The translations under genes and the position numbers were made by a program. Below the pieces are notes generated by a model. That model was not told the DNA's origin. It worked only from the letters and a program-made list of their open reading frames with translations, and searched no databases. Shown here in pieces: positions 42,431 through 51,930 of a DNA stretch of 64,000 nt. Numbering within the stretch: the first letter of the stretch is position 1; every line of letters begins with the position of its first letter. Origin of the DNA: Gemmatimonadales bacterium (lineage in GTDB: Bacteria > Krumholzibacteriota > Krumholzibacteriia > LZORAL124-64-63); assembly GCA_019038745.1 (NCBI GenBank), contig JAHOYV010000049.1, forward strand, positions 6,739 to 70,738, in the 5' to 3' direction.

Positions 42431-45055
42431 TCAGGTAGTTCGGGCCGGTTCGTGGTCATGCGAACTGGTCTTTGAACACGATCCGGCATCCGGCACGCCC
42501 CACCAGGTAATCAACCCGGTTTCGAACCGATCCAAAGGATAGCCTTCCTTGCGTGGAACAACGCGTACGGTATACCCGCGCAAGCCGGCCCGCCGACAAG
42601 GAATATCACCACAGAAGAGAGTCAATCCGTCGGTTCCGGTTTCCCCGGGGAAGAGGGTGGCTGTCTCGCCGTCCTGGATTTGGCCTTCAGCATTCAGCAG
42701 ACCATGGTATGCCTCCACCAGGACCTCTTCACTAGGGATTTTGCCCAAATGCAAATGCGCCGTGACCTTCAAGGTTTCACCCATGGGTTGGGCCGTGTTG
42801 ACCGGGTCGTCCACGCAGCGGATCTTCACTTGGGACCATTCGTCTCTCGTGCGCCGGCGCCAATCCGCCAGATCCTTGGCCCTTGAGTAATCGTCGGCGC
42901 TCAGACGGGCGGCGTTCTGGATGCAGGTGACGTAGAAGCGGTTTGTATATTCCTCAACCATTCTATTGGTGTTGAATTCGGCGTTCACCGTTCGCATCGA
43001 ATTCTTCATGATGCGGGTCCACTCACGGGGTACGTCGTCGCTGCCACGATCGTAGTAGGTGGGCACGATCTCGTTCTCCAGGAGATCATAAAGGGCCGTG
43101 CTTTCCACTTCGTCCTGGTATTCCTGATCCTCATAATCCTCGCCGGCGCCGATGGCCCAGCCGTTGTTCTTGGCGTAGCCCTCGCACCACCAACCGTCCA
43201 GGATGGAAAGATTTATACCCCCGTTGGCGGGGACCTTCATGCCGCTCGTTCCGCTGGCCTCCAGGGGCCGTCGGGGAGTGTTCAGCCACACGTCCACGCC
43301 CTGTACCATGTAGCGGGCCACTTCGATGTTGTAGTCTTCCACGAAAGTGATCCGTTTGCGGAATTCCGGCTGTTGGCCCAGGTGAACGAGTTGCCTTATG
43401 ATCTCCTTGCCCGGATGATCCTTGGGATGCGCCTTGCCGGCGAAGATCAGCTGTACGGGCCGGTCCGGATCATTGAGAATTCGGCTCAGACGGGCCGGAT
43501 CGCGCAGTAGCAGGGCTGCTCGCTTGTAGGTGGCGAAACGCCGGGCGAATCCGATGGTCAAGGCCTCGGGATCCAGCACCTCGGAAGCTTCTCGCACCCA
43601 GACTCGGTTGGCGCCGCGGGCCAGAAGTTGGTGGCCCAGACGCCGCCGCACGAATCCAACCAACCGTTCCCGCATTCTTTCATGGGACCGCCACAACTCC
43701 GCATCGGGGATTTGGTCGACCCGGTCCCACATTGTCTTGTTCGTGGGTTCCTCAAACCAGCGGGGGCCCAGGTAACGGTCGAAAAGGCGCGCAATTTCCG
43801 AACACAACCAACTGCGTGTGTGGACCCCGTTCGTAACATAGGAAATCGGGATCTCCTCCTCGGGAACTCCCTTCCATACTTGTTGCCACATCTTCCGGGA
43901 AACGTGGCCGTGCAACTCGCTGACTCCGTTGGCAAACCGGCTCAGCCGGAGGGCCAACACGGTCATACAGAAGGTCTCGTGTTTGTTGGTGGGGTCCTGT
44001 CTGCCGAGGGCCAGCAAACCATCCACACCGAGGCCCAGGCGCTCGGCCATGCGGGGCAGGTAGGTGCGCACAAGATCGGCGTGGAAGTGATCGTTGCCGG
44101 CAGGGACCGGGGTGTGGGTCGTAAAAACATTGCTGGCCCGCACAATCTCGAAGGCCGTATCGAAGGCCAGCTCTTTCTTTTCCATGAGCATGGCGATGCG
44201 TTCCAGGGCCAGGAAAGCTGAATGGCCCTCGTTCAGATGGCACACGGTGGGTTCCATTCCCAGGGCTACCAGGGCCCGAAGGCCGCCGATGCCCAGGAGG
44301 ATCTCCTGGCGGATCCGCATATCGTTGTCGCCTCCGTAAAGGCGGCTGGTCAGGTCGCGGTCCTCAGGGAGATTTTTGGGTAGATTGGTGTCCAGGAGGA
44401 AGAGGGGGTTTCGCCCAACCGGCACTCGCCAGATTTGGGCGGTTACCGTACGGCCGGGGTAGGTGATCTCAATGGTCAAGGGGGCGTTTTCCTGGTCCCG
44501 CACCAGATCCATCGACATGTTGTAGAAGTCGTTGATCTGGTAGTCTTCCATTTGCCAGCCGTCGTGGTTCAGATACTGTCGGAAATATCCGTATTGATAG
44601 GCCAGCCCGACCCCAACCAGGGGCAGACCCAGATCGGAGGCGGATTTGAGGTGGTCTCCGGCCAGGATGCCCAGGCCGCCCGAGTACAAAGGCAGCGATT
44701 CGTGGAGTCCGAACTCGAGGGAAAAATATCCCAGCACTTCCTGATGATCCGGGCCGTGTTCCTTTTCGTACCATGAGGATATGTTCAAGTAACGGTCCAA
44801 ATCATTTCGCACCCGTTCCATGTGCGCCAGGAAAGCTGCATCCTTCGCCAGATCCGAAACGCGCTGGGCGGAGAGTGATCCGAGCACCGCGATGGGATTG
44901 CCCGCGTGCTTGTCCCACAGGTCGGGATCGATCCGACGCAAAAGGGAAATTGCCTCGACATTCCAACTCCACCATATGTTGCCGGCGATCTCCAACAGTG
45001 GCTTCAAGGGTTCCGGAAGGTTGGGCGTCACGACGAATTTCTGGATCGCGGGCAT
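42431..45055 (-). CDS. glgP: Alpha-glucan (glycogen/maltodextrin) phosphorylase, GT35 family with DUF3417-type N-terminus
   Basis: The likely start is MPAIQKFVVTPNLPEPLKPLLEIAGNIWWSW (ORF open to 45154). Motifs: FAGKAHPKDHPGKEIIRQL (PLP-lysine region), EASGTSGMK, and a ~120-aa C-terminal extension. Confidence 0.85.
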   Translation of the reverse strand: MPAIQKFVVTPNLPEPLKPLLEIAGNIWWSWNVEAISLLRRIDPDLWDKHAGNPIAVLGSLSAQRVSDLAKDAAFLAHMERVRNDLDRYLNISSWYEKEHGPDHQEVLGYFSLEFGLHESLPLYSGGLGILAGDHLKSASDLGLPLVGVGLAYQYGYFRQYLNHDGWQMEDYQINDFYNMSMDLVRDQENAPLTIEITYPGRTVTAQIWRVPVGRNPLFLLDTNLPKNLPEDRDLTSRLYGGDNDMRIRQEILLGIGGLRALVALGMEPTVCHLNEGHSAFLALERIAMLMEKKELAFDTAFEIVRASNVFTTHTPVPAGNDHFHADLVRTYLPRMAERLGLGVDGLLALGRQDPTNKHETFCMTVLALRLSRFANGVSELHGHVSRKMWQQVWKGVPEEEIPISYVTNGVHTRSWLCSEIARLFDRYLGPRWFEEPTNKTMWDRVDQIPDAELWRSHERMRERLVGFVRRRLGHQLLARGANRVWVREASEVLDPEALTIGFARRFATYKRAALLLRDPARLSRILNDPDRPVQLIFAGKAHPKDHPGKEIIRQLVHLGQQPEFRKRITFVEDYNIEVARYMVQGVDVWLNTPRRPLEASGTSGMKVPANGGINLSILDGWWCEGYAKNNGWAIGAGEDYEDQEYQDEVESTALYDLLENEIVPTYYDRGSDDVPREWTRIMKNSMRTVNAEFNTNRMVEEYTNRFYVTCIQNAARLSADDYSRAKDLADWRRRTRDEWSQVKIRCVDDPVNTAQPMGETLKVTAHLHLGKIPSEEVLVEAYHGLLNAEGQIQDGETATLFPGETGTDGLTLFCGDIPCRRAGLRGYTVRVVPRKEGYPLDRFETGLITWWGVPDAGSCSKTSSHDHEPARTT

Positions 45056-45078
45056 TTTTTTCTCCTTGATGTCCCAGA

Positions 45079-46152
45079 GTGGGACGTGAAAATAGGGGCG
45101 ATGGCGACAAACCTGGGAACGCAGGCATGGTTGACTTCGGCACCGCCAAGCCAATTATTAAGGCGAAATGGCTTCAATGGCCACTTTTGCAGGCTTTTTT
45201 TACCGGGCTAGGAAGGCCCAAGCCTAGGAGAACGTCTATCATTGACGGAATCATCGATTTGAATCAAGTGGAATCATTGCCTGCCTGGCGGGATGGGAAT
45301 GTTTTGGATATCCGTCCGGCAGCGTTGTTCCTTGCCGGCCATTTGGCCGATTCGGTGTCTATTCCGGTGAATGCAGAGGTCATTGCCCGGGGGGAAGATC
45401 CCCTGCTGGAGGAAACCCTGCCTTCAATTTTTCTGCCGCCGCGCCATGAGGATCTGCTGTTGGTGTGCGGGGATACGGAGACTGCGACCCGGGTCTCTCG
45501 CCACTTGAGGGATCGCGGCCGACCGGAGGTTAGCGCCACTGTATTGGCTACGGTTGAAGCCGGGGTGTCTTCCCTGCTGCCCTTGGAGCGTGGTCCTTCC
45601 CGCAGGCACTTGTGGAAACCACCGCCCTGGCTGGCCAGGCACGTGAACCTTTTGCCGCCCCCGGCCGCAGGCCCGGTGCTGGATTTGGCCTGCGGCAGCG
45701 GTCGGGCCGCTGTTTGGCTGGCTGATAGGGGCTACCGGGTTACGGGTGTGGACTGGCAGCCGGAGGCATTGGAAATGGGGCGCAGACTGGCCTTCAGCCG
45801 TGGCGTGACCTGCAGCTTCCTGCCGGGAGATCTGCGCCGACTTGACGCCGTTCCGCAAGGACCCTGGGCGGTACTTCTTAATTTTCGCTTTCTGCAACGG
45901 GAACTGCTGGACGCTGCGGCACGTTTGCTGCAGCCGGGTGGTGTGGCATTGGTTCGGACTTTCCGGGATGCTCCGGGCTACGAGGGGCATCCGCATCCTC
46001 GCCACCGTTTGCTGCCCGGTGAGCTGACTCGGTTTTTCCCAGCAGGACTGTTTGAGATTTTGGCCCATGAGGAGAACCACGATCCCGATGGGCGGCCCGC
46101 TGCGGGCATCGTCGCTCGCCGGAGGTTCGCTTTGCCCGCCGAGGGCAAATGA
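45079..46152 (+). CDS. Rhodanese-domain + class I SAM-dependent methyltransferase (TehB-like) fusion
   Basis: Rhodanese-like (VLDIRPAALFLAGHLADSVSIP...LLLVCGDTETATRVSRHLRDRG), then MTase motif I (VLDLACGSGRAAVWLADRGYRVTGVDWQPEALEMGRRLA). The start is uncertain; Met17 is at 45127. Confidence 0.6.
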   Translation: MGRENRGDGDKPGNAGMVDFGTAKPIIKAKWLQWPLLQAFFTGLGRPKPRRTSIIDGIIDLNQVESLPAWRDGNVLDIRPAALFLAGHLADSVSIPVNAEVIARGEDPLLEETLPSIFLPPRHEDLLLVCGDTETATRVSRHLRDRGRPEVSATVLATVEAGVSSLLPLERGPSRRHLWKPPPWLARHVNLLPPPAAGPVLDLACGSGRAAVWLADRGYRVTGVDWQPEALEMGRRLAFSRGVTCSFLPGDLRRLDAVPQGPWAVLLNFRFLQRELLDAAARLLQPGGVALVRTFRDAPGYEGHPHPRHRLLPGELTRFFPAGLFEILAHEENHDPDGRPAAGIVARRRFALPAEGK

Positions 46153-46218
46153 GGTACCATTCCGGTCGTCCATAATTCAGGGGCAGGGCCGAAAAAACTG
46201 AACGATTCGGAGAATGAA

Positions 46219-47274
46219 TTGCTGATCGGTATCATTGGTTTGAAGTTCACGGGCAAGACGACCCTGTACAACGTGATCACGGGGGCGGGTCTGCCGACCG
46301 GTCAGGGCGGAGTAGATACCCACCGGGCAATGGGCAAGGTGCCGGATCCCAGATTGGATATTCTGACGGAGATGTTCAACCCAAAGCGTCAAGTGAACGC
46401 CAGCGTGGAGTGGGTGGATATTCCCGGATTCCAGCCGGGTGCGGGCGCCGACGGGGGGCGAGAGGCCACCCGTTTTCTCGAGCATGGCCGCAAGATGGAT
46501 GCCTTGGCCCAGGTCATTCGCTGTTTCGACGGCGGTTATGGTACTCCCGATCCAATGGACGAACTGGAGACCATGGCTCTGGAATTGGCCCTGGCGGATC
46601 TGCAGATTGTGGAAAATCGTCTGGAAAAATTGACCAAGGAAAAATCCAAGATGGGCAAAGTGGCCAATCCCCTCGAGCCCCCCATGATGGAACGTTTCCG
46701 TGCCCAGTTGGAGCAGGATAGACCGCTGCGTGACTTGGAATTGAATCCCGACGAGAACAAGATCGCCTCCGGATATTCCTTCCTGACCCTCAAGCCGATG
46801 ATCGTGGTCCTGAACCACGAGGAGGACGCCGTCCCACCGATCGACGTGGCCGAAGCGGCCGGACGAGCCGGTGCTGAGGTTGTTTCGTTGAGCGCTGGCA
46901 TGGAGGAGGAACTGGCCGAGCTGTCGGAGGAAGAGGCGGGAGAATTTCTGGCTGATCTGGGAATCGAAGAACCTGCCTTGAACCAGATGATCCAGGCCTC
47001 ATACGGTGCGTTGGATCTGCAAAGCTTTTTCACCGTTGGGCCGGACGAGTGTCGGGCCTGGGCGGTGATCAAGGGCGCTACCGCTCCGGTGGCTGCAGGA
47101 GTAATCCACTCCGATTTGCAGCGTGGTTTTATCCGAGCCGAAGTGACTGCCTACGATGACCTGATCGCCGCGGGGGATATGTCTGCGGCCAAAGCGGCCA
47201 ACAAGGTTCGCCTGGAGGGAAAGGGCTACCTCGTGCAGGATGGCGACATCCTCGAGATCAGGTTCAGCGTGTGA
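46219..47274 (+). CDS. ychF: Ribosome-binding ATPase YchF (Obg-family, TGS C-terminal domain)
   Basis: TTG start. GLKFTGKTTLYNVITGAG (G1), ...DIPG... and a C-terminal TGS domain (GYLVQDGDILEIRFSV). Confidence 0.85.
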   Translation: MLIGIIGLKFTGKTTLYNVITGAGLPTGQGGVDTHRAMGKVPDPRLDILTEMFNPKRQVNASVEWVDIPGFQPGAGADGGREATRFLEHGRKMDALAQVIRCFDGGYGTPDPMDELETMALELALADLQIVENRLEKLTKEKSKMGKVANPLEPPMMERFRAQLEQDRPLRDLELNPDENKIASGYSFLTLKPMIVVLNHEEDAVPPIDVAEAAGRAGAEVVSLSAGMEEELAELSEEEAGEFLADLGIEEPALNQMIQASYGALDLQSFFTVGPDECRAWAVIKGATAPVAAGVIHSDLQRGFIRAEVTAYDDLIAAGDMSAAKAANKVRLEGKGYLVQDGDILEIRFSV

Positions 47275-49283
47275 CCCCGCGGCGAGGATTGACGCTGGTC
47301 ATCTTCCTGGTCGCTGCCGTTTATTGGGGACTGTTGCTTTTCCAGGCTGAGGATTCAGTCTTTTCACGCGCCCCCCTGCTGGATGAACTCTACTACCTCG
47401 ATCGCGCCGCCGAGATATCGACCGTCGGAGTTGCCGGTTCGGGACCCCTCTTCATGTCTCCTCTCTACCCGGTTTTGGTGGCTGCTTCCGGCAGCGGTAC
47501 TGGCTTGAGCGAAAATGGAATTCTGCCCAGAGGCAATCTGATCGGGATTCGACTGATCCAGGTCTTTTGCTGGTTCGGCGTAGTGATTCTGCTGCGTCGA
47601 ATGGCGGGTCGGACTTTTGCCATGATCCTTCCGCCTGGTCGTGTCAGGGAATTGGTGGCCTGGTTCCCGGCCGTTTTGTTCGCTCTTTACCGGCCGGCAG
47701 CGATTTTCTCTCTCTCGGTTCTGGTGGAACTTCCGTTGCTGCTGCTGTTGACCCTGGCCCTGGACCTGATTACTCCCGACCTCCGGATCCCAAACCGGCC
47801 ACGGCGTTGGCGGAGTCCGATCCTGGGCGCGGTAATCGGTTTTGCCGTTCTCCTGCGGGGCACGGCGATTCTATTGTTGCCGGTTGTTGCCTGGGTCCTT
47901 TGGACAGAGACGAGGGGAAGCCGCGGACGAATCAGATGCCTTATTGGTCTGGCCTTGCCCCTTCTGATCCTTCTGGCTCCGGCAGTGATACACAACAGTC
48001 TGCAGGCTGGGCGATTGACTGGGCCCACACTGAATGCAGGGCTGAACCTCTTTATCGGCAACGGGGATCACGCCAACGGATTCTACGTAAACCTTTTGCC
48101 GGGAGACTGGCGAGAGGATCCGGCCGGGACCTCCTATCTGGCGGAAAAATCGGCGCGTTCCACAGTGAGTGTGCCCGAGGCCGATGCTCTTTGGTTCCAG
48201 GCCACGATCGAAGCGGTTCGCCGGGATCCGGCCCGAACCCTGTCGTTGTTCGCAAAAAAAATCTGGCTTCATTTCCAGGGTTGGGAGATCTATCAACTGG
48301 TGTCTCTGGCAGGATGGACTGAAGAAGTTCCTCTTCTACGGGCCCTGGTTATTCCATGGCGCTGGATGGTCGTTCTGGGGCTGGCTGGCCTGGGGTTTCT
48401 GGCAGGGCGGGTTGGGCAGAGGAACCAGGATCTGCTGGTCGCGGCGCGGATCTGGGCGGTAGTTTTACTGGTTCTGGTGCTGGGGCAGAGCTTTTTCTTT
48501 GTCGTGTCCCGTTACCGACTTGTGATGGTCCCCACTTTGTGTCTGCTCTCCGGGTTGGCGGTGGCGACTTGGCTGGGTTCAGGGGTCCGGCAAGATGGCG
48601 CCGGTAGGCTCAGAGTTTGGATGGTTCTGGCCGGATTACTGGGACTGATTCTGTCTCACCCGTGGGGATTGAGTCCGGTAAAGGAATATTGGTCGGGCCA
48701 GGCGCTGGCCAACCATGCTCATCGCTGGGCGTTGGTGGCTGGGGAAGATACCGTGGGATTCTCCACGGAGCCATTTGAGCGCGCGGAGGAGCTATATCGG
48801 GAGGCCTTGGCCGGTCCGTCATCGGATAGGGAGTGGTGGTTGGCTCTGGCATTGGTTCAGCTCAGCCGGGGACGAGAGGCAGAGGCTGAGTCAACTTTGA
48901 CCGAGGGGGATAAGGCTTTCCCGGGCGACTTGAGAATCCAGCGAACCTGGCTGGGGCTCCTATTGGATCAAGATCGCGGTGAAGAGGCCCTGTTTCGGGC
49001 CGAAAAAATTCTGAGGAATCATTCCAGGGATGCGGACACGCTCCATAATTACGCAATTCTTTTGGCTCGCCAAGGCAGGCTAGAAGAGGCAGCGGAGGCA
49101 GCCGGGAAGTTGATTTCCGTCCATCCACAGGATCCGCGGGGCTACGTCGACTTGGGTATCCTGTTGGCCAGATCCGGAAATATAATCGAGGCCCGGCGGG
49201 TCTTCGAGCAGGGCCTTGTTGCTGTGCCCGGGCATCCTGACTTGACGAGGAATTTGGCTCTTTTGATCATTAACCCCGATTAG
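47271..49283 (+). CDS. GT-C fold glycosyltransferase (PMT/ArnT-like polytopic membrane protein) with C-terminal TPR repeats
   Basis: GTG start overlapping the ychF stop. DELYY motif in the first loop, >10 TM segments (~480 aa). The C-terminal TPRs are LARQGRLEEAAEAAGKLISVHPQDPRGYVDLGILLARSGNIIEARRVFEQGL. Confidence 0.6.
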   Translation: MTPRRGLTLVIFLVAAVYWGLLLFQAEDSVFSRAPLLDELYYLDRAAEISTVGVAGSGPLFMSPLYPVLVAASGSGTGLSENGILPRGNLIGIRLIQVFCWFGVVILLRRMAGRTFAMILPPGRVRELVAWFPAVLFALYRPAAIFSLSVLVELPLLLLLTLALDLITPDLRIPNRPRRWRSPILGAVIGFAVLLRGTAILLLPVVAWVLWTETRGSRGRIRCLIGLALPLLILLAPAVIHNSLQAGRLTGPTLNAGLNLFIGNGDHANGFYVNLLPGDWREDPAGTSYLAEKSARSTVSVPEADALWFQATIEAVRRDPARTLSLFAKKIWLHFQGWEIYQLVSLAGWTEEVPLLRALVIPWRWMVVLGLAGLGFLAGRVGQRNQDLLVAARIWAVVLLVLVLGQSFFFVVSRYRLVMVPTLCLLSGLAVATWLGSGVRQDGAGRLRVWMVLAGLLGLILSHPWGLSPVKEYWSGQALANHAHRWALVAGEDTVGFSTEPFERAEELYREALAGPSSDREWWLALALVQLSRGREAEAESTLTEGDKAFPGDLRIQRTWLGLLLDQDRGEEALFRAEKILRNHSRDADTLHNYAILLARQGRLEEAAEAAGKLISVHPQDPRGYVDLGILLARSGNIIEARRVFEQGLVAVPGHPDLTRNLALLIINPD

Positions 49284-49389
49284 GCGCCAATACCAAGACC
49301 GGAGTTAAGAAAAATTGAAGATTATTGGGTTTTTACCGCTGGTTTTTTCCGGGACCGACGTTTTGTGGTTTGTGAGAGAGAAACCCCCT

Positions 49390-49417
49390 GAACTTGACGG
49401 ATGGAAGCATCCAATTA
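49390..49417 (+). promoter_or_regulatory. Candidate ECF (sigmaE-type) promoter: GAACTT-N16-CAATTA upstream of the cpxP-like/ECF sigma operon
   Basis: GAACTT at 49390-49395 resembles the RpoE -35 GGAACTT; -10-like TCCAATT 16 nt downstream; ~20 nt before the RBS. The match to consensus is weak. Confidence 0.3.
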
Positions 49418-49431
49418 CTGGAGGAAGAAAG

Positions 49432-50064
49432 ATGAAGAAATTCACCGACCACAAATTGAAGATGATCCTCTTCGCCGGCATTCTCACCCTGACCCTCGTG
49501 GCAGCCGGTTCGGTCCTGGCCCAGGGCCCCGGCCAAGGAAATTTCCGAGGCCAAGGCAAAGGCATGATGGGACGCGGCATGGGTCCCCAGAACTGTTTGG
49601 ATGGGGGCCCCGGGTTCCGCAGCGAATTTAGAATGGAGCGGATGGCAGCCCGTCTGGACCTGACCGAGGACCAGGTCGAAGCGATCACCAAGATCCGTGA
49701 GGATGGGCGCACGGAAAACCTTGAGATCCAAAAGCAGACGCTACGCCTGCGCAATGAACTGCGGGGCGAGATGCTCAAGGACGATCCCTCTCAGAAGACG
49801 GTTCTGGATCTAAACAGCAAGCTGGGGCAATTGCGTACCGAGAGGCAGGCAAATCGACTTGAGAACCGTTTGGCCGTCAGGGAACAGTTGACGCCTGAGC
49901 AGAGGGACCGGATGCTCCTGATGGGTGACTTCGGCAAGATGGGCCGTGGCGGCCAAAAGGGATTCCGGGGCGCAGGTCGTGGAGCCGCGCGGGGAAATTT
50001 CGGTAACGGCGGCCCAGGTGGACCCGGACAAGGATATGGACGCGGCTTCCAGGGCGATTTCTAG
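49432..50064 (+). CDS. Periplasmic CpxP/Spy-family (LTXXQ motif) protein with Gly-rich termini
   Basis: Signal peptide (MKKFTDHKLKMILFAGILTLTLVAAGSVLA). Two LTXXQ motifs (LDLTEDQVEAI, LTPEQRDRML). GGAGG RBS at 49420-49427. Confidence 0.65.
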   Translation: MKKFTDHKLKMILFAGILTLTLVAAGSVLAQGPGQGNFRGQGKGMMGRGMGPQNCLDGGPGFRSEFRMERMAARLDLTEDQVEAITKIREDGRTENLEIQKQTLRLRNELRGEMLKDDPSQKTVLDLNSKLGQLRTERQANRLENRLAVREQLTPEQRDRMLLMGDFGKMGRGGQKGFRGAGRGAARGNFGNGGPGGPGQGYGRGFQGDF

Positions 50065-50082
50065 GGTCTGGGCTGATCGGAA

Positions 50083-50643
50083 GTGACGAGATTGATCGAC
50101 GATGATGTTCTCATGGAACGAACAGCCAGGAACGAGGAGGCGGCTTTCCGTCTCCTCGTCCAGCGCTGGGAAAAGGAAGTGTTGGCTTTCCTGATCCACA
50201 TGCTGGGTTCGATGGAAGAGGCGGAGGATCTGGTTCAGGACACATTCGTGAAGGTGTATCATCAGGCTGGACGCTATCGACCCGAGGGCAAGTTTAAAAG
50301 CTGGCTGTTCCGTATCGCCGGAAACCTGGCCCGCAGCCGGTTGCGGAGGCGTAAGATACTGCGCTGGGTGAGGTTCGACCGCACAGAGCACGATCAGGCG
50401 GACGTTGGACCGAGCCCCCAGCAACGGCTGGAGGAAAAAGAATCAGCCGGGGCGATTCAGAAGGCTCTGGACGGCTTGCCGGACCGGCAGCGCCAGGCTC
50501 TTTTGATGCACCGTTTCCAGGGGATGAAGTACCGCGAAATCGCCGATGTGATGGACACTACGGTCCCCGGCGTCGAATCCCTGATCCAGCGATCCCTGGT
50601 TGGACTGAGGGCCGAACTGGCAGGAAAGGTTGAGTTGTCATGA
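50083..50643 (+). CDS. ECF sigma factor (RpoE-like), second copy
   Basis: EEAEDLVQDTFVKVYHQAGRYRPEGKFKSWLFRIAGNLARSRLRRRK (region 2) and LLMHRFQGMKYREIADVMDTTVPGVESLIQRSLVGLR (region 4). GTG start, or ATG at 50113. Confidence 0.85.
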   Translation: MTRLIDDDVLMERTARNEEAAFRLLVQRWEKEVLAFLIHMLGSMEEAEDLVQDTFVKVYHQAGRYRPEGKFKSWLFRIAGNLARSRLRRRKILRWVRFDRTEHDQADVGPSPQQRLEEKESAGAIQKALDGLPDRQRQALLMHRFQGMKYREIADVMDTTVPGVESLIQRSLVGLRAELAGKVELS

Positions 50644-51107
50644 AGCACGTCACCGAAAGAATCCACGCCTGGCTGGCCGGCGAACTTGATCCTGTCTCGG
50701 CAACGGATTTGGAGCAACACCTGGAACAGTGTCCCGACTGCGCCAGGGTCGCTAGAGAAAGTCGGGCCGTCTGGGAAACCCTCGGTTCTGCGGCTGCCGA
50801 AGATGAGCAATTGTCTTCGCCCAGCCTATGGCCCCGAGTCCGCGCGCGCACCTTCGGCGAGCAGACCGGCGGCTCCTGGTTCTATGGCCCCAGTTCGGTG
50901 GTGAGGGCAGGGTTGGCTTCGGCCGCGGTGGCGGCGGGGCTGGTTTTTGCCGTGATGTTGCCGGGCGAAGGACTGAATGGGGATCAAAATTCCAGCGACC
51001 AACAGGTGGAAACCCTATGGCTGGAGGATTCCTCCTGGACCAGCGCCGATCAGGATTACGGTTTGGACCGAATGTGGCTAAGCGCGGGACTGGATACGGA
51101 AGGATAA
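50640..51107 (+). CDS. Anti-sigma factor, zf-HC2 type (HLEQCPDC), single TM
   Basis: ATGA overlap with the sigma gene. HLEQCPDCARVARE, TM AAVAAGLVFAVML. Confidence 0.65.
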   Translation: MKHVTERIHAWLAGELDPVSATDLEQHLEQCPDCARVARESRAVWETLGSAAAEDEQLSSPSLWPRVRARTFGEQTGGSWFYGPSSVVRAGLASAAVAAGLVFAVMLPGEGLNGDQNSSDQQVETLWLEDSSWTSADQDYGLDRMWLSAGLDTEG

Positions 51108-51111
51108 GGAC

Positions 51112-51762
51112 ATGAAACGATTCGGTTGGCTCATTCTCCTGGTCTCCCTGGGCCTGAACCTGGGACTTGGGTGGCGCCTGATGAATCAGCTGGGAAGCCA
51201 GCCTGCCGAGTGGTGCGGTCCATGGGACCAGGGATCCGAGGGGCGGTCATGGCGCAGGGGGCGCGCCGATGGCGAAGGCGGGTCGGGCAGGAGTTTTTCC
51301 GGTCAGCGTCGCGGGGATTTCTTCAGGCCTGCGCCTGGAGACAGCGGAGCCTGGCGGGAGATCATGGAGAGGCGGCTGGAAAGAATAACTCGGCGGTTGG
51401 ACCTGGATCCGTCACAAGTGAAATCATTCAGGGTCACCCATGGAGAGGCGGCCGCCAGGTTCAGGGAGCAACGACAGTTGGTGGAAGAGGCCGAGAGCTA
51501 CATGTTCGGCCTGGCTTCCCGCAGCCCTGTAGAGCCGGATTCCATTCGGGTGGCAGTTCGGAATCTGGGCCGCCGAAGGGCCTTGCTGGACTCCCTGGTT
51601 ACCGAAGCAATGTTGAGGGAGCTGGATTCCCTTAACCCTGATCAGCGGGAGTTGTACCTGCGTATTTTGCCCTGGAGTCGGTCCGGGAGCCCGGAGGCCG
51701 GGTTGTCCGGGCGCAGGCAATACCCCAAATCGGGTCATCCTCCGAGTGGGCGTGGGGAATAA
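51112..51762 (+). CDS. Periplasmic protein with LTXXQ-like motifs (Spy/CpxP-like), third gene of ECF operon
   Basis: Signal/TM (WLILLVSLGLNLGLG), LDLDPSQVKSF and LNPDQRELYLRIL helix motifs, Arg-rich. Confidence 0.4.
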   Translation: MKRFGWLILLVSLGLNLGLGWRLMNQLGSQPAEWCGPWDQGSEGRSWRRGRADGEGGSGRSFSGQRRGDFFRPAPGDSGAWREIMERRLERITRRLDLDPSQVKSFRVTHGEAAARFREQRQLVEEAESYMFGLASRSPVEPDSIRVAVRNLGRRRALLDSLVTEAMLRELDSLNPDQRELYLRILPWSRSGSPEAGLSGRRQYPKSGHPPSGRGE

Positions 51763-51930
51763 TCCAGGTTGACAGCCTAGGAGCCGATTTTATATCTATT
51801 ACAGGCGAAGGGGCGGATTATCCGCCTCCCCGACGCTGCTTCCGGAAATCTTCCTGGAATCTGGAGGCCATATCTTCCGTTCCCCATCCCGGACCGGATT
51901 TCCCGAGTCATTCCCCAGGGGGGATTTTTC

